A stretch of DNA of 63,471 nucleotides, the filler included, from Choristocarpus tenellus KU-1152 (lineage: Eukaryota > Protista > Phaeophyceae), in NCBI GenBank assembly GCA_964200185.2. It is 10 parts of 10 records of this genome, joined end to end, with 100 filler letters (N's around TTAATTAATTAA, not from the genome) between each part and the next. Parts side by side here need not be neighbours in the genome. Positions count along the whole stretch, not along the records: positions 28,074 to 36,047 come from CAXNAD020005321.1; positions 36,148 to 40,128 come from CAXNAD020016810.1; positions 40,229 to 43,208 come from CAXNAD020023194.1; 7 more parts are not named here. One strand, written 5' to 3'. The notes beneath the pieces were generated by a model. The model saw nothing but the letters and a program-made list of their open reading frames with translations, had not been told where the DNA came from and searched no databases. Below, piece after piece: positions 28,563 through 43,208 of this stretch (positions within the stretch are counted from its first letter, which is position 1; the number at the start of each line of letters is the position of its first letter). The position numbers and the translations under genes are program-made.

Positions 28563-30676
28563 TCATCCATCATCCTCTCCATCTTCCATATGGTCTCCAT
28601 TCGTTCCCACTTTCCTGTCATCCCCTTCCTCGTCTTCATCACCAGCCCCACGTAGATAAAGCACATTGTTGCATCGAATTAAAACGTCGCCCAAGTTGCC
28701 AACAAATTGACCATCCACATATTCCTCTGTTGAGGTGAGCAAGAGGTTCATGTAAGTGTCCACTGACACAAGAAAGCCTGGCAGGAAGAAAGGAAAGTGA
28801 TTTAATGGAGGGAGTGGGGGGGGGGGGGGGGGGAGGGGGGGGGGGGATAGTCTTTTTTGTTTTTGAAAAAAAAAGGGGGGGGGGGGGGGCATTCNNNNNN
28901 NNNNTTAAATAAAGAACCACAAAAAAAAAAAAACCGGGGGAGAAAAAAGGCAGTGTGTTTGGGGGGGGGGGGGGGGGGGGGGGGGGGAGAGAGATGGTGT
29001 GGATATGCTTTCTTGATTTTGACAACTAAGGAGCGGATGGAGGAGCATTCACAGACAAATTGATCATACCAGATGTTTGATATTCCTCATATGACAGGCT
29101 TGTTTTCCAAGGAGGTTACTGTATATCCCTCACAAGGATGCCACTCAACCTGCAACTTCTATGTAACAGGTAACCCACAAATAAAGCACTGAAAACATTT
29201 ATGATGTTGTCAATACTAGAATGTGCGGCTTATCCTTTTCCAGATGTTCTTCGATCTACCTTACCACATCATTCTCAGGCCTAGGGATTTGATTCAGCAC
29301 ACAATTGAGAGAATTATCACACACATGGGTTGTGACAGGAACACGCTTGAAATGACAGAAACCGCGCCCTACCATTGGAGTTGCCTACAAGCTGCTCATT
29401 ATACTCATTTGTGTAAACGATTCTACAACTGCTGCTTCAGATAGCCACCTGGCCTCTCAACTAAACAGTGGCATGTGCAGAAGGAGTGCCATAGGCAGTG
29501 AGGACTGTCGAAGGCAACTTCAACAATAGACGTATCATAACTCAAGAGACCTCAGGAGGAAAAACAAAAGTTGCCGTCTTGCACAAAAAGCATAAACCGA
29601 TTTGCATTCATTGAACACAATGAACAACAAAAGTCACACAAGTTGGAGGGGCCCTTGCCCTTGTCATTGATCAGCTCGCGATACTGGCAAAACCTTTACA
29701 TATAAATGCAGCAATCAATTATCAGCACGGCACAAATGCAGGACAACAAATAATTCAGAGATGCAGAGATACTCTATGAAGTATGCGGAGGAGTCAGTTC
29801 AAGCCTGCCATTGAAGACGAGTGATATGTGCTGCCAACAATGCACCCCAGAACACTACCCAGCAACCCACAAGTCAGAGTCATCCTACAAAATAAATAGT
29901 CCAGCAACACCGTTACCTACTCGTGATCAAAGGACGAGAAGTTCATCCTGCTTGGACTCGCAGCCTCTTGTTCTCTTGAACCGTAACGTGTGGGCCCCTT
30001 AGGAATGCATTTTTATATTCTCGAAGGGTTTCGGGATGGTTGGAAACTGAACGCAGATGCGTTCGAGACCCTTTGAAAATCCACCTTACAATTTAGTCTC
30101 TGAAATGGTGAATCAGCCGTGCAGGAACCTTGCCCAAGCCTTCATGCAGGCACCAACCAATTCCAAGCCATCGCTTTCCCATATCACAATCAGTATGGTG
30201 GAAACCTCGAGGTCTGGTGGAGAAGCTCTCCGCTACAAAAGGTTGATCTGTCGGATCTCCTACTGCGTTTATATCTGACCGAGCTCTGAATGACGGCAAC
30301 GGCTTCTCGTGATACATTCTCTACCAACCAAAAACTCAATTTTCGTGTAAGAAATGTAAGCATATCCTAGTTTTGCATCCACTATGACTGACACTTCAGG
30401 GCAAAGAAATACCACCATGTTATCCCACAACCAAGCACAACACGTCTTTCAAAGACTCCTTAAAGAAAGGCTACCTTGGAGCACATGTCTCTACTTGAGC
30501 AAGGACGGCCAAAAGGTCAGGGGATTGGGAGGAGGAAGATATTTCCACAACTAGGAAAAGACATAGCCCCCTCACGCCGACTCACCCTTATATTCCATAC
30601 CCCACTTCAGTTTCACCATCACAGGCTTCCCTGTGAGCTCATTCAAGAAAGGCTTAGGGTTTACTGGTGTCGCCAT
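28563..30676 (-). CDS. SNRPF: Small nuclear ribonucleoprotein Sm F; exons 30676-30586, 28777-28563
   Basis: [31 protein letters not shown]|[43 protein letters not shown] is canonical SmF. Phase-1 GT-AG intron. Confidence 0.95.
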
Positions 30677-32962
30677 TACTCCTTCGCAATCACACCACTC
30701 CTGACCCCAGCCCCCCGGGCTGGTTTGATACCGAAGCAAGTACGGCTGTTCCTAAGCCCTCGATACCAAGATGCCAAGAGCAACTGATTAAAGTTTCCTA
30801 TAACCTGATGAGTGTAGCCTTTTGCAAAGAGGGAGAGCGACACACACACAACACGTTCAAAACAAGTCTCCTCTATCCTCTCTGGTCCCAACAAAATTAT
30901 GGCGCGCCATGTTCACGAGACTCAGATATATTATTCGCGCGAAACTGATGGATGGATTTGGTGGTGGTACAGGTATCTCTCGTTGAATTTTGATGGTTCG
31001 AATCCCTTCGACGCCAGAAATATTTGGCAGAAATATCTAGAAAAGATTATTCAATTCCATGTAACAAGCACAACAGATTGAGCACACCTACGGTGTTAAT
31101 ATGCTTCCTGTGACTATAACACAAAATGCCGAACCAAGATCAAGTCGGAAACTTTGAGCAGGGTTCAACACAAGAGTTGGGGGAGGAGACTGAGAGACGC
31201 AGGGTGGAGGGTGTGCTGAACCCAACTCGTGAGAAGCAACGCAGGGATGGAAGCAGTACAAAACCTCGTCAAAAATTAGTTGTGCAACAGAACAGTTCGT
31301 CAGTCATTAGTATTACAAGCAGTAGGACAACATTTAGTGCCCCTCTCTGACCACGGGTCAGGATATCCCCAGAGTATTGATGCGAAAAATATCATCCTGT
31401 TTGAGAAAGATTCACATAATAGTGATGGTGTATTATTTTCTTGTGCTTTTGTGAGCATTATTAGTAGTAGGAAGGAGTACTACTACTATTTTCTATAGTT
31501 GTTGTTATTATTTGTCATCTCATGAGACGACCTATAGTCAAAAAAGATAGTCCAGAGAAGGCAACAAATACTACTGTTTGTCTTGCTCAATTAATTGCTT
31601 TGAATTCAATCACACACATACAGAAACGAACTTGCTACTACAAGTAACTGTCTTGTGGGTGGAACCCTCAACCCGGTATCCATTTATCTGTGAAGCTGGC
31701 CCAAATATTTCTCTCATACCCCCTACTCAACCCCTTCCTCCCCCTCTCTTTCTTCAACAAAACACAAATGGCAGGCAAGCGGGTAGGCAATTGATTGATT
31801 TCCTTGTAGTACTCTCCAATGTAACCCTTCTTGTAGGCTTCTCACTCCTCACCGGAGGATGGGTCCTTGCTTTGGCTCAGTATCTTGTTCTGATCCTTAG
31901 CATTCCTCAACTCGTTTTCTTTTTATCTCTCTAATTTCCTCTTTCTGCACAGGTCACAGATTCTGAGGAAAGGCATCAACACCCTTCTGTGTATGTGTAT
32001 CAAGGCACTCCTCAATCAGTCCTGAGGAACCATTGGCTATATGCTTAGGGGTGGATCATTGCCCTAGATTATTGCCTTGCCTCCCTGAGAGCAAAAGTTC
32101 ATAAATCATGTTTGTAAGAAAAGGAGTTGTTCACTCTAGTCAAAGGAATCCGCACACTGCCTATTCCTATTTTGAGGGAAAAGAAATCTACCTTCTCACG
32201 TTACCTATGTTGTTCTAATAAACCCTCGTATCCAGATATATAGGGTGATGAGGTACAGTAGTCTTCTATTCAACGTGTGATGAAAACAAGGATGGAGATA
32301 AACAAAGAGGTGCATGGAGATCTTCTCTCATTGATGTTTGGCAAAAAGGGACGAGGCCTTGACCATCCCTTATGTGTTTGGACCCATCAAAATATTCCTT
32401 TGCTTGTGGTTTAGCAACATGTGTGCACAATATAAGGGGGGGGAGAAAGGAAAACCTAGCAGATAAGTTGCCGACGAGCTCACCTTGGAGTGGAGTTCAA
32501 ACCCTCATCTGTACTTCTTCTAGTGGAATCTGGTGCTGTATAAGGCAGGCAATCCACACTGTGAGTAGTAGATGTAAACGATATACCTTAAGAGTTCAAA
32601 CCACTTGCATGTTGAATGTTCTTGACAGCGATGGTGATCTTTGATTGAGTCAGGTGTGCTTGAGAGATTGTGATGGATCTTGGGCTAATGTGGCAGAGGT
32701 GGTGGTGACTGGAAAGACTATAGCATTGGTAAACCTTGGTCAAAGGGACATTTGGAAGACTTCGGCATCAGTACGCGTTTGCCACATGGAGCATCCAGAT
32801 TGTGTCGTAATCTGGATGCTGCAATTATCTCTGCACACAGAGGAAATTCTTTTTATTTCCGACATATATCACTTAGGCTCGCACCAAGCCACTTTATCCA
32901 ATATTCCGTGTAGTAAGCTCATATCCCAGCTTAATTTTTCCACCGTTTGTTTAATATGCCGT

Positions 32963-33092
32963 TATGTTACAGCCGAATAGCGCGAGTATTTCTTCCCGAG
33001 CTTTAACCGGCGCGAGCAGTGTACGCGTATGTTACAGCCGAATAGCGCGAGTATTTCTTCCCGAGCTTTAACCGGCGCGAGCAGTGTACGCG
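32963..33092. repeat. Perfect 65-bp tandem duplication
   Basis: tatgttacagccgaatagcgcgagtatttcttcccgagctttaaccggcgcgagcagtgtacgcg at 32963-33027 and 33028-33092. Confidence 0.95.
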
Positions 33093-33309
33093 CGTGGGGA
33101 ACCCCAAAAGGGGGAAAATCTCCGATTCCCCCAAAAGTTGCAGAATAAATCTGTAACTCGGGAAAGTCGCAAGGGTTTCCAGATGGAAAGGTCGTATGGG
33201 TTCTCAGATATATTCCAACGTCTGTAAACCAAAGAAGCCCCAACGATAAATGATGATAAGAGATTCTAAAAACGGCTCCAATCAGCTCAGTTCTTCTGAC
33301 CTAGAGACC

Positions 33310-33715
33310 TCACCTATACCACTCTCTCTTACTGATACCGAAAATGTATACATTTCTTATGCTGATTGATTCATTTGAGCGTATCCCTGTTCTGCTGAGC
33401 TGACGTTCGTTGATCTGCAAATTGGAGCTACTCATCCTGTGGAGGTAAGTTTGTGGACCGTGCTTGCGCAACAGTTGTGTAATGATAGGGGTAGCTTCTG
33501 GCTCTCCCAAAATGAGGTTGATTGGTAATGTGGAATATCTCCCAAACATAACATACTCCTCCTGTCCAAGAACTGGGTACATTTTGCTTACATTGACTCA
33601 GTGCCCCACCAGTTCCAAAATAATATTAGTTGTACAGCGGTGTTATATGCAGTATTGTGGGCCAGTTGCACCAAATACAGTAAGGACGACCAATCCGACT
33701 TGTTCATATTGAAAT
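33310..33715 (-). mobile_element. Ty3/Gypsy integrase remnant
   Basis: Minus-strand KSDWSSLLYLVQLAHNTAYNTAV and YVMFGRYSTLPINLILG match the integrase C-terminal pattern DW..LP.VQ.A.N....PF..FGR...P.DL; disrupted. Confidence 0.65.
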
Positions 33716-33929
33716 ACACACCGTGAATTATCTTATGAACCCTTTCAAGAGCGCTATTGCCTTGTGGGTGACATGTTGTTTTAGTTTTCTTGTATCCCTA
33801 CATCTTTGCAATCCTTGGACTAATAATTTTTTAATTCCTCACCATTCCGAGTGTGACGTTTCTGGTATGTAAAAAATGGAAACACATTCGTTCGGGTAAC
33901 ACTTTTGCTAACGCCCCCTTCTCACTTGT

Positions 33930-34189
33930 GAGTGAAAGTATCTTAGAGGGTATGAGCTTTGACCTGTTTGTTCATTTGTGGCTGGGCTTCCTTCGGGTTT
34001 TTTTATTATATTTTCCTACTCTAAAATATTTCGGAGTAGGTAAAATGTATACGTTATGAAAAGGTGCGTCGGGAACAAGGATATTGACACTTCCTAATAA
34101 ACACAATAGCGAAAATTACATCAAACCTTCAACATTAGATTTTGGCTCCCAAAATGGATGCGGCTCTATCCTCTAAGATACTTTGACTC
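33930..34189. mobile_element. MITE family B (about 260 bp), complete, 4-bp TSD TTGT
   Basis: TIRs GAGTGAAAGTATCTTAGAGGG ... TCCTCTAAGATACTTTGACTC; TTGT at 33926-33929 and 34190-34193. Confidence 0.88.
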
Positions 34190-35235
34190 TTGTCAGGAAC
34201 AGCGCTCAGCAGAGCGAAATATATATTAAATGGTCCACGGCAGACAAGACATATTTCCAATTTTCTGTGTTTTGTCCTTCGCCAAATCAATTGCCACTCT
34301 CTAAAACGGGCAAAATATTGGTATATGCCCTGGACGCTTAGAAAGGGTAGAAAGGGAAGTCTTTCAGATTTGGGATGATTGACATGTTTCACACCAAGTT
34401 CAGACATCTATATTTAAAGTGGGTTACCAAAAACGGTCACGAGTCCTGTCAAAAGTTTGCTTACCACTAGGTGTTGAGAGGCGTTACTATTGTAGAAGGC
34501 GTGGAGCATTGAATCCTTGTGTATCACTTGATACCACCACATAATCTCGGAATTTGTAATTTTCGAAGGTGATGGAGTTGATATTACTTACCTAATTTGT
34601 TCCGGAATAAATGATAACATATCTTTTGCAAGCTCCATTCTCATCCCCAGAAACGATCCACGTGATAGACCCTCTGGACGAGGGTTGATGTTGTGGTTTT
34701 GCATCAGATATGATGTTGAGCTCTACATGGGCTGAGGAACGTTCCTTTGAGCTAAACAAATTTAGAGGTAGGCAGGTCTGGACCCTTTTGCATTCTAAGC
34801 CATATTTCTTACCCTTTGCAATACACTATTTAATGTATGGATATGCACAATGAATGCAAAATTATTATTCTCCCTTTCCATACACTGAATGGCACCACAA
34901 ATCAGTAAAGAATATTTCTGCAATTATACAAGATGCCGTTTTTTTGTCTTCCTAAAATACAACCCTGCCTACCTCGCAGCTGATTCAACTCCTTCCTTTA
35001 TTCGTAGAATTGGAATTGTTGTCGTGGTACTAGTAATTAAGTGGGTGGAGGGTTAGATGCTTGTGAAATCAGATTGAATTTGAAGGTATATTACATTGCT
35101 GAAGTTGTTGTGTGGTCCTCATCTTTGAATTTATGTGTGGCTGTTAGTAAAGGGTGGTTGAACCTGGTCTTCTGTGGTTTAAACCATGCTGCTTACTTTT
35201 GTATTTTGTTTTGTAGATTTTCGTTTCCATTGCAA

Positions 35236-35309
35236 GGAGTATTGGCTTAGTTGGTTAGCGCGTATGTCTCTTAAGCCTAAGGTCGAGAGTTCGCGCCTCT
35301 CCTTCTCCG
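35236..35309 (+). tRNA. tRNA-Lys(CTT)-like sequence, probably a pseudogene or SINE head
   Basis: A-box TGGCTTAGTTGG, anticodon loop CTCTTAA, perfect T arm GAGAG-TTCGCGC-CTCTC, followed by TTTT. The acceptor stem has 2 mismatches and the anticodon stem has 1. Confidence 0.65.
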
Positions 35310-36589
35310 TTTTAGGGTGTCCGTTCAAACTCAGTTGCTACGTTTACATGGATAGATTTCGTTCGTTTCAAACCACTTCATTTCATTGAAATCTAATTTA
35401 GATATTCCAAAGTCTACATAGCATGCACCACGGTTCTTAGATCTGTATTATCTAATCTGTCCCCATAAAGAAATCACTAAATCAAGATGAGGCAGCAATT
35501 CTTCATTGCCAAGCAACACCAATGATGACGTTGCTATCATTCCAAAGGGTCCAAAACTTTGGAGTTATTTCCGCAAATACGCCCAGATGCTTTTGACAGG
35601 ACCACAGGATCTAGCTGTACTACTCGAGTGTATTAGTTTAATGCTCAAGGCTGAAGTACTTTGTGTGGTTCTTCTATTGAATACAGTTGGATGTCATGAA
35701 CACTCCGCCAGGTTCACTATGTGAAGCTTTACTCCCATCAAACTTCGTCATAGGTTGCGTTGGATTTCCCATACAGGAACACAACAATCATGCACTAACA
35801 CATATGTTTCAGGCGAATAGCATGTCTGCCTTTTCGCACTCTAACCAGTGTGAAAAGTCTTGCTATGGTTTATAGATTTTTATGTTATTGCTAGGCATTT
35901 TGTCTGTGTTTGTCGAGAGATGATTCTTGTGTCTTGTACTTGTTTGTGTTGATAGTTCTGAAGCAGGAGAGTCTTGCTATGACACTCCCTATTTTGATGA
36001 TATTGTAAGACGCCTGTCTTGTTTGTGGCTCAAAGTATCTGGGGGGGNNNNNNNNNNNNNNNNNNNNNNNNNNNNNNNNNNNNNNNNNNNNTTAATTAAT
36101 TAANNNNNNNNNNNNNNNNNNNNNNNNNNNNNNNNNNNNNNNNNNNNCACTGGTCGCTTCCCACAGACTTTGGTGGTGATTTCAACAGCCTTTCTGATGT
36201 GCTCTCGCTCCACCTCCAGGTCGATGGACTGGTAGTCAATCCAGCGGTAACTGGAGTGTACACAAGCCGAAATTCAACATCCACATTTGGGCAATAGATT
36301 ATAGCATCGTATTGAACAATAGAGCTTTGCAGTGGATTAAAAAACGAAGGAAGAAACACTACAAAAAATAAAAGCATCGGGCTAAACACGCAGATCTTCT
36401 ATCGGGGAGGGTGGACTAAGGTAGTGTACACTCTCCTATCTCCCACCGAGTAGCACTGATCTGCATTGAAGGTCATAGTTCATGTTGTAAGGGCTTGTTA
36501 CATACTTCTCCAGTCACCCCCATATAAGATGGATTTAAGTACAACTTACACGAAGAATATTGACATTCATCCATCCCCCCTATCCCCAA

Positions 36590-36845
36590 TACAAAAACAA
36601 TGTGGAAGCAGCTCATTTCTCCTTCTAAGACCAGATGCATTGAGTACCACCTGAAATTGAGCCAGTGCTTAGAGAGCATGAGAAATGATGTAGAGTGTTT
36701 CTTTGGGGTACTCAAAAGCAAGAGGTACTTTTGATTCCTTAAGTTGCCATGGGAGTTTTGGAATGAGGACAGATTCAACAACATAATCTGCACATGCTAT
36801 GTTCTCCATAATATGATTCACGTCCACGATGGATTAGATTGATTT
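36590..36845 (+). mobile_element. PIF/Harbinger DDE transposase C-terminal remnant
   Basis: WKQLISPSK...LSQCLESMRNDVECFFGVLK..F*FLKLP...NNIICTCYVLHNMIH matches the Harbinger R.DVE..FG.LK.RF and C..LHN motifs; in-frame stop. A convergent decayed ORF at about 37430-38700 may be its second ORF. Confidence 0.85.
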
Positions 36846-38783
36846 GAGCAAGGGGTGGGGAGGAGTGGGAACGATGACCTGTGTGACTCTTATGGTACTG
36901 ATCCTTTCACAGATCATACTGGTATGAGGCAAGGGCGAGATGGAACTGCACAAGGTGTTGAAGTGGAGGAGGATATTTGTTCTCAGATGGAGAAGCCCAC
37001 TTCAGTTACAGAGATAGGTGTAGGCAGTTCGACTGACTCAGCGTTCAACTGCCCCTACTGGCACTTGGATGTACTGAGGGTGGTGTTAGGGTTGAGGGAA
37101 TGTGTGGGGGGACAGGTGGAAGGAGGATGTCAGGAGAGTTGTAGATGTGTTGTTTCTCACCAGGCTTGGTGCTTGGCTTATTGTGTGCCTTGCAATATAC
37201 AGAACACAATGAAGTCTTTTAAAAAATCATAACTGAGAGTCCCAAAACACCTTCAGTGTCAATAGCCACTGTCATTGGGACCCAGCTTGACTCAGAATGG
37301 CTGAGTAGGCTATCACCGCATGCAATAAAGTGCTGTCATTGCTGTCCCCATCTTCAAAGGAGACTTGGGCTACAGTCAAAGTCTTGTTTCATCCCAAATA
37401 GTTTACATGATCGTGTATTCATTGTTGCTAATTGCTGTAGTGGTACACTGCACTAATGGCCAACCCCCCCTTTCTGAACCCTACCCCCCCAATCCACCCC
37501 ATTCCTAGCATGTCTGAAGGGGTGCTGCAATCACTGCAAAGACTGCCCAGGCACTCAAAGGTGTTGTACAGATCATTATGTGACCCCGCATTACTGACAG
37601 TAGAGGGCTGCTCATACAAAGGACTTCTAAGTAACTTCAACAGCGCCTGTCTCTTCTCCTGAGTTTCATCCCTACAACCAACGTCAGCCAGGAGTTGAAT
37701 CTCAACCTTGCAATCCCTGATCATAGCTGAACCTGCTTCCATTTGTTGAAGTTTCTCAAATTCCTTTGTGAGACAGTCTCATCAAGGTATGTGTAATCGA
37801 TTTTCGAATGGCAGACTTTGCAATGTCACTGGCACCACTGACACTATGTCCACCACCACTTCCATCTTTCAGTTCAGCTTCTTGAGTCCTCAGCCTTTTT
37901 CCGGCCAGGCCTACCCTTAGCCCTGGGATCAAGTCTGTACACCTCGTCTCTGCTACTGATGCCAGATATGTTGGAACCCTTGTGTGACGCTTTCCATGTC
38001 TGAGGCTATTGTGTCTTCCTCTCCTTCCCCTTTCGAGGAGGTGGGCCAAAGGATACCCAAAGGTGAGTCGCTGCATAGGCGCCCAGTGACTGGGCATCTT
38101 CCTCCCACCAATCACATTAAACCATCTGATAGAGGTGTAGGCCCATCAACACCAGTTGCTGCAGCCTGCTCCACTTCCTCAGCCACGATCTCATTCCCGT
38201 CCAACAAAGTTCTGGGGAATACAAGAAAGGTGGAAGGGGAACAGTTGACAAACAATGATTGGTAGTCACAGACACTCTGTCAACTACTGCACCTCAAGTG
38301 AAGCCCAACACTGTGCCAAAAAGACCTGCCCATCCCTCCCCCTCACTGGCAGATCTGACAGGGTACTACCTGTACTCCCTCTTCTGCAGCAAGTCCTTAA
38401 CCTATTGGCCAAATTCCGGCTTTCCTCCTTCTGCCTCAATCCCTCTCAAGCGACATGCCACAACAGAGGCACAACTGCTCCATCTAGAAGCAAGACTTAT
38501 CCTGCCATCAGGTCCTGGGCCACAACACATCTTCAATGAATGGACAGGAGGAGGTAACAGCCACTTACACGTGATGTATGGGAACATACACCATGGTGGT
38601 CTCCCTTTGGACTGTCTCCCAGCGCCTCCAGACGGAACTGAGTCGATCAACAACAACTGTGGCTTTGCATTCTTCGTCGCTGCTGTCATCACGGCACCAG
38701 GTAGTTAAGGGTATTGACATAGTGGACTGTAATAAGGAACAATGTCGTGCATGCTTCATCTGAACTGTGCGGTGCATGCCGCA

Positions 38784-38908
38784 ACAATCCTGTCCCTCCC
38801 CTGCAAGTTTAGAAATAGTATCAGTACAATCCTGTCCCTCCCCTGCAAGTTTAGAAATACTATCAGTACAATCCTGTCCCTCCCTTGCAAGTTTAGAAAT
38901 AGTATCAG
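38784..38908. repeat. 42-bp minisatellite, 3 copies
   Basis: acaatcctgtccctcccctgcaagtttagaaatagtatcagt x3 with single substitutions. Confidence 0.95.
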
Positions 38909-40236
38909 ACCATAAACACATGAATTCACTGCTCACAGTTATTCGCAGAAATGTGCTCGGTGCTAGCAGGATGCGCTTTCAAATCCAGTGTTTCTGGAAT
39001 TGTTCGGAGTCAGCCCTTGGCCGCCACACTTACAATATGCTTTCATGGATTCCACGAGTTGCTTCTACTTCTTCCTATCTTTCAGGCCTTCCTTCATGGG
39101 CAGGGCTGCACACAAGATTGGTATTGCCTGAAGGGTACTCAGGATATGTGAGGAGACTTCATAGTCTCCCTTCCTTGTATTCAAGGTCTGAGCAAAGCGT
39201 CTCTCGAGTCTCCTTACTATCCAATCACACTGCACACTGGGGCCGAGAGGGGACTCCACCTTTCTGTTCTCCCCAAAGCTGCAAAACGTTGAATCTGAAC
39301 AAGGTGATGTATTGAATGATCGTAACTGAGAAGAAACTGCCGAAGAGTGAACCTTAGGCGACAAACAGTGTACTCTCTACAAACTCTCAAGAGAAATCTA
39401 CCACTAGTGCATAAGATGGTCCTATGCAAAGCGACCTATTCATTCTTGCTCAAGATTTTCATTTTTCCTTACTTCACTTCTCTTTATCGTAAGGGTTGGC
39501 CTATAAACTGATTTTTGATGCCTATCAATTAGTCCCTCTTCTGTAATACTAAAAACTAGAGTTGTGTACAACTGCGGTTACATTGGCTAGAAAAAAAAAG
39601 CTCAATTAATCGAGCAAGAATGTAGGTGCATGAGTGGCATGTGTCGCTGCAAGGCAAGAACTTCAAACCCTCCACAAGAGGTCTCACCAGGAAGATCTGA
39701 AGTCATGAACAGTGGTGATAAAAAAATGAATAACCGAACTTTTTCAGTTTAGTTATTCAATTGTTCCACATGATTGAACTCAAAAAAATTGAACAGTCAA
39801 TTCGTAAACACTATGAAAATGAAACTGATCTGTTCCACGGATAGGTACGTGCAACCACAACATCCCAACACTCTACTTTCCCTTTCACTCTCAGGTCAAA
39901 GCTTGACTACACAGTAGTGCTCGCCTTTGATTCAAGAATAATCATTGGTGTCCAAACTCACCCGTGCGAGGCCACCTCCCAACCAGCCTCCACCATGGCC
40001 TTTCCTGCTTCAGGGTTGCGTTCCAGGGCCATGGCACACGCATACACTTGTCACAGGAGTGTCAGCACAGGGGGGGGGGGGGGGGGGGGAAATTGCACTT
40101 TATTGGTACTAAAGTTTGGGGCGGGTCANNNNNNNNNNNNNNNNNNNNNNNNNNNNNNNNNNNNNNNNNNNNTTAATTAATTAANNNNNNNNNNNNNNNN
40201 NNNNNNNNNNNNNNNNNNNNNNNNNNNNAAGCAAAT

Positions 40237-40418
40237 GGGTCAATGTATCTGAGGGGGGGGGGGGTGGCGGCGGCGGCAGCTATCCTTTTGAGGCCAATTT
40301 TTCATGTCACGATTTTGGGTGATTTGGTTCCATACAATGGATAATGAAAGTGCACTTTTCCTAGTTTTGACCTAAATGGACACTCTGGTGTGCCCCTCCC
40401 CCCCAGATACTTTAGGTC
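40237..40418. mobile_element. MITE family A, complete (flanks AAAT/AAAC)
   Basis: GGGTCAATGTATCTGAGGGG ... CCCCAGATACTTTAGGTC; internal sequence shared with 3059-3242 in opposite orientation. Confidence 0.85.
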
Positions 40419-40705
40419 AAACCCAAAACGAAGTCTTACTCAACTAAAAAAAATATCCCAGAGACTAGGAGCACATACCAAATCATCACCAAAGTGTTAC
40501 TTACACGCTGTTGCCGTTCCAAATTAAAAAAAACTTGTTCGCCCCCCACAACGGTATCACCCCACCACTTCTACTTCAGCAGAAACGTAGGTGACGCCAT
40601 AGTCACCGCATAGAGCAACCCTACAATACAATACGCCTCCTTAACAAACACGCATGTGTAGCAATAGTACTCCTCACGTAGACAATGATTGTGTGACACT
40701 CTCAC

Positions 40706-43208
<2,503 letters not shown>

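Noticed and set aside
28780-29050. Poly-G/poly-A tracts, proline-rich ORFs and an apparent duplication around a 10-N gap
   Set aside because: The two sides look like error-laden reads of the same poly-G region, so this is an assembly or sequencing artefact. The same applies to about 27015-27100.
34762-34811. About 50-bp match (reverse complement) to 45403-45450
   Set aside because: A real dispersed repeat fragment, but too short to classify or interpret.
38784-38908. Possible CRISPR-like array (also 40-108 and 32963-33092)
   Set aside because: The repeats are directly adjacent with no unique spacers and no cas genes; they are ordinary tandem duplications.
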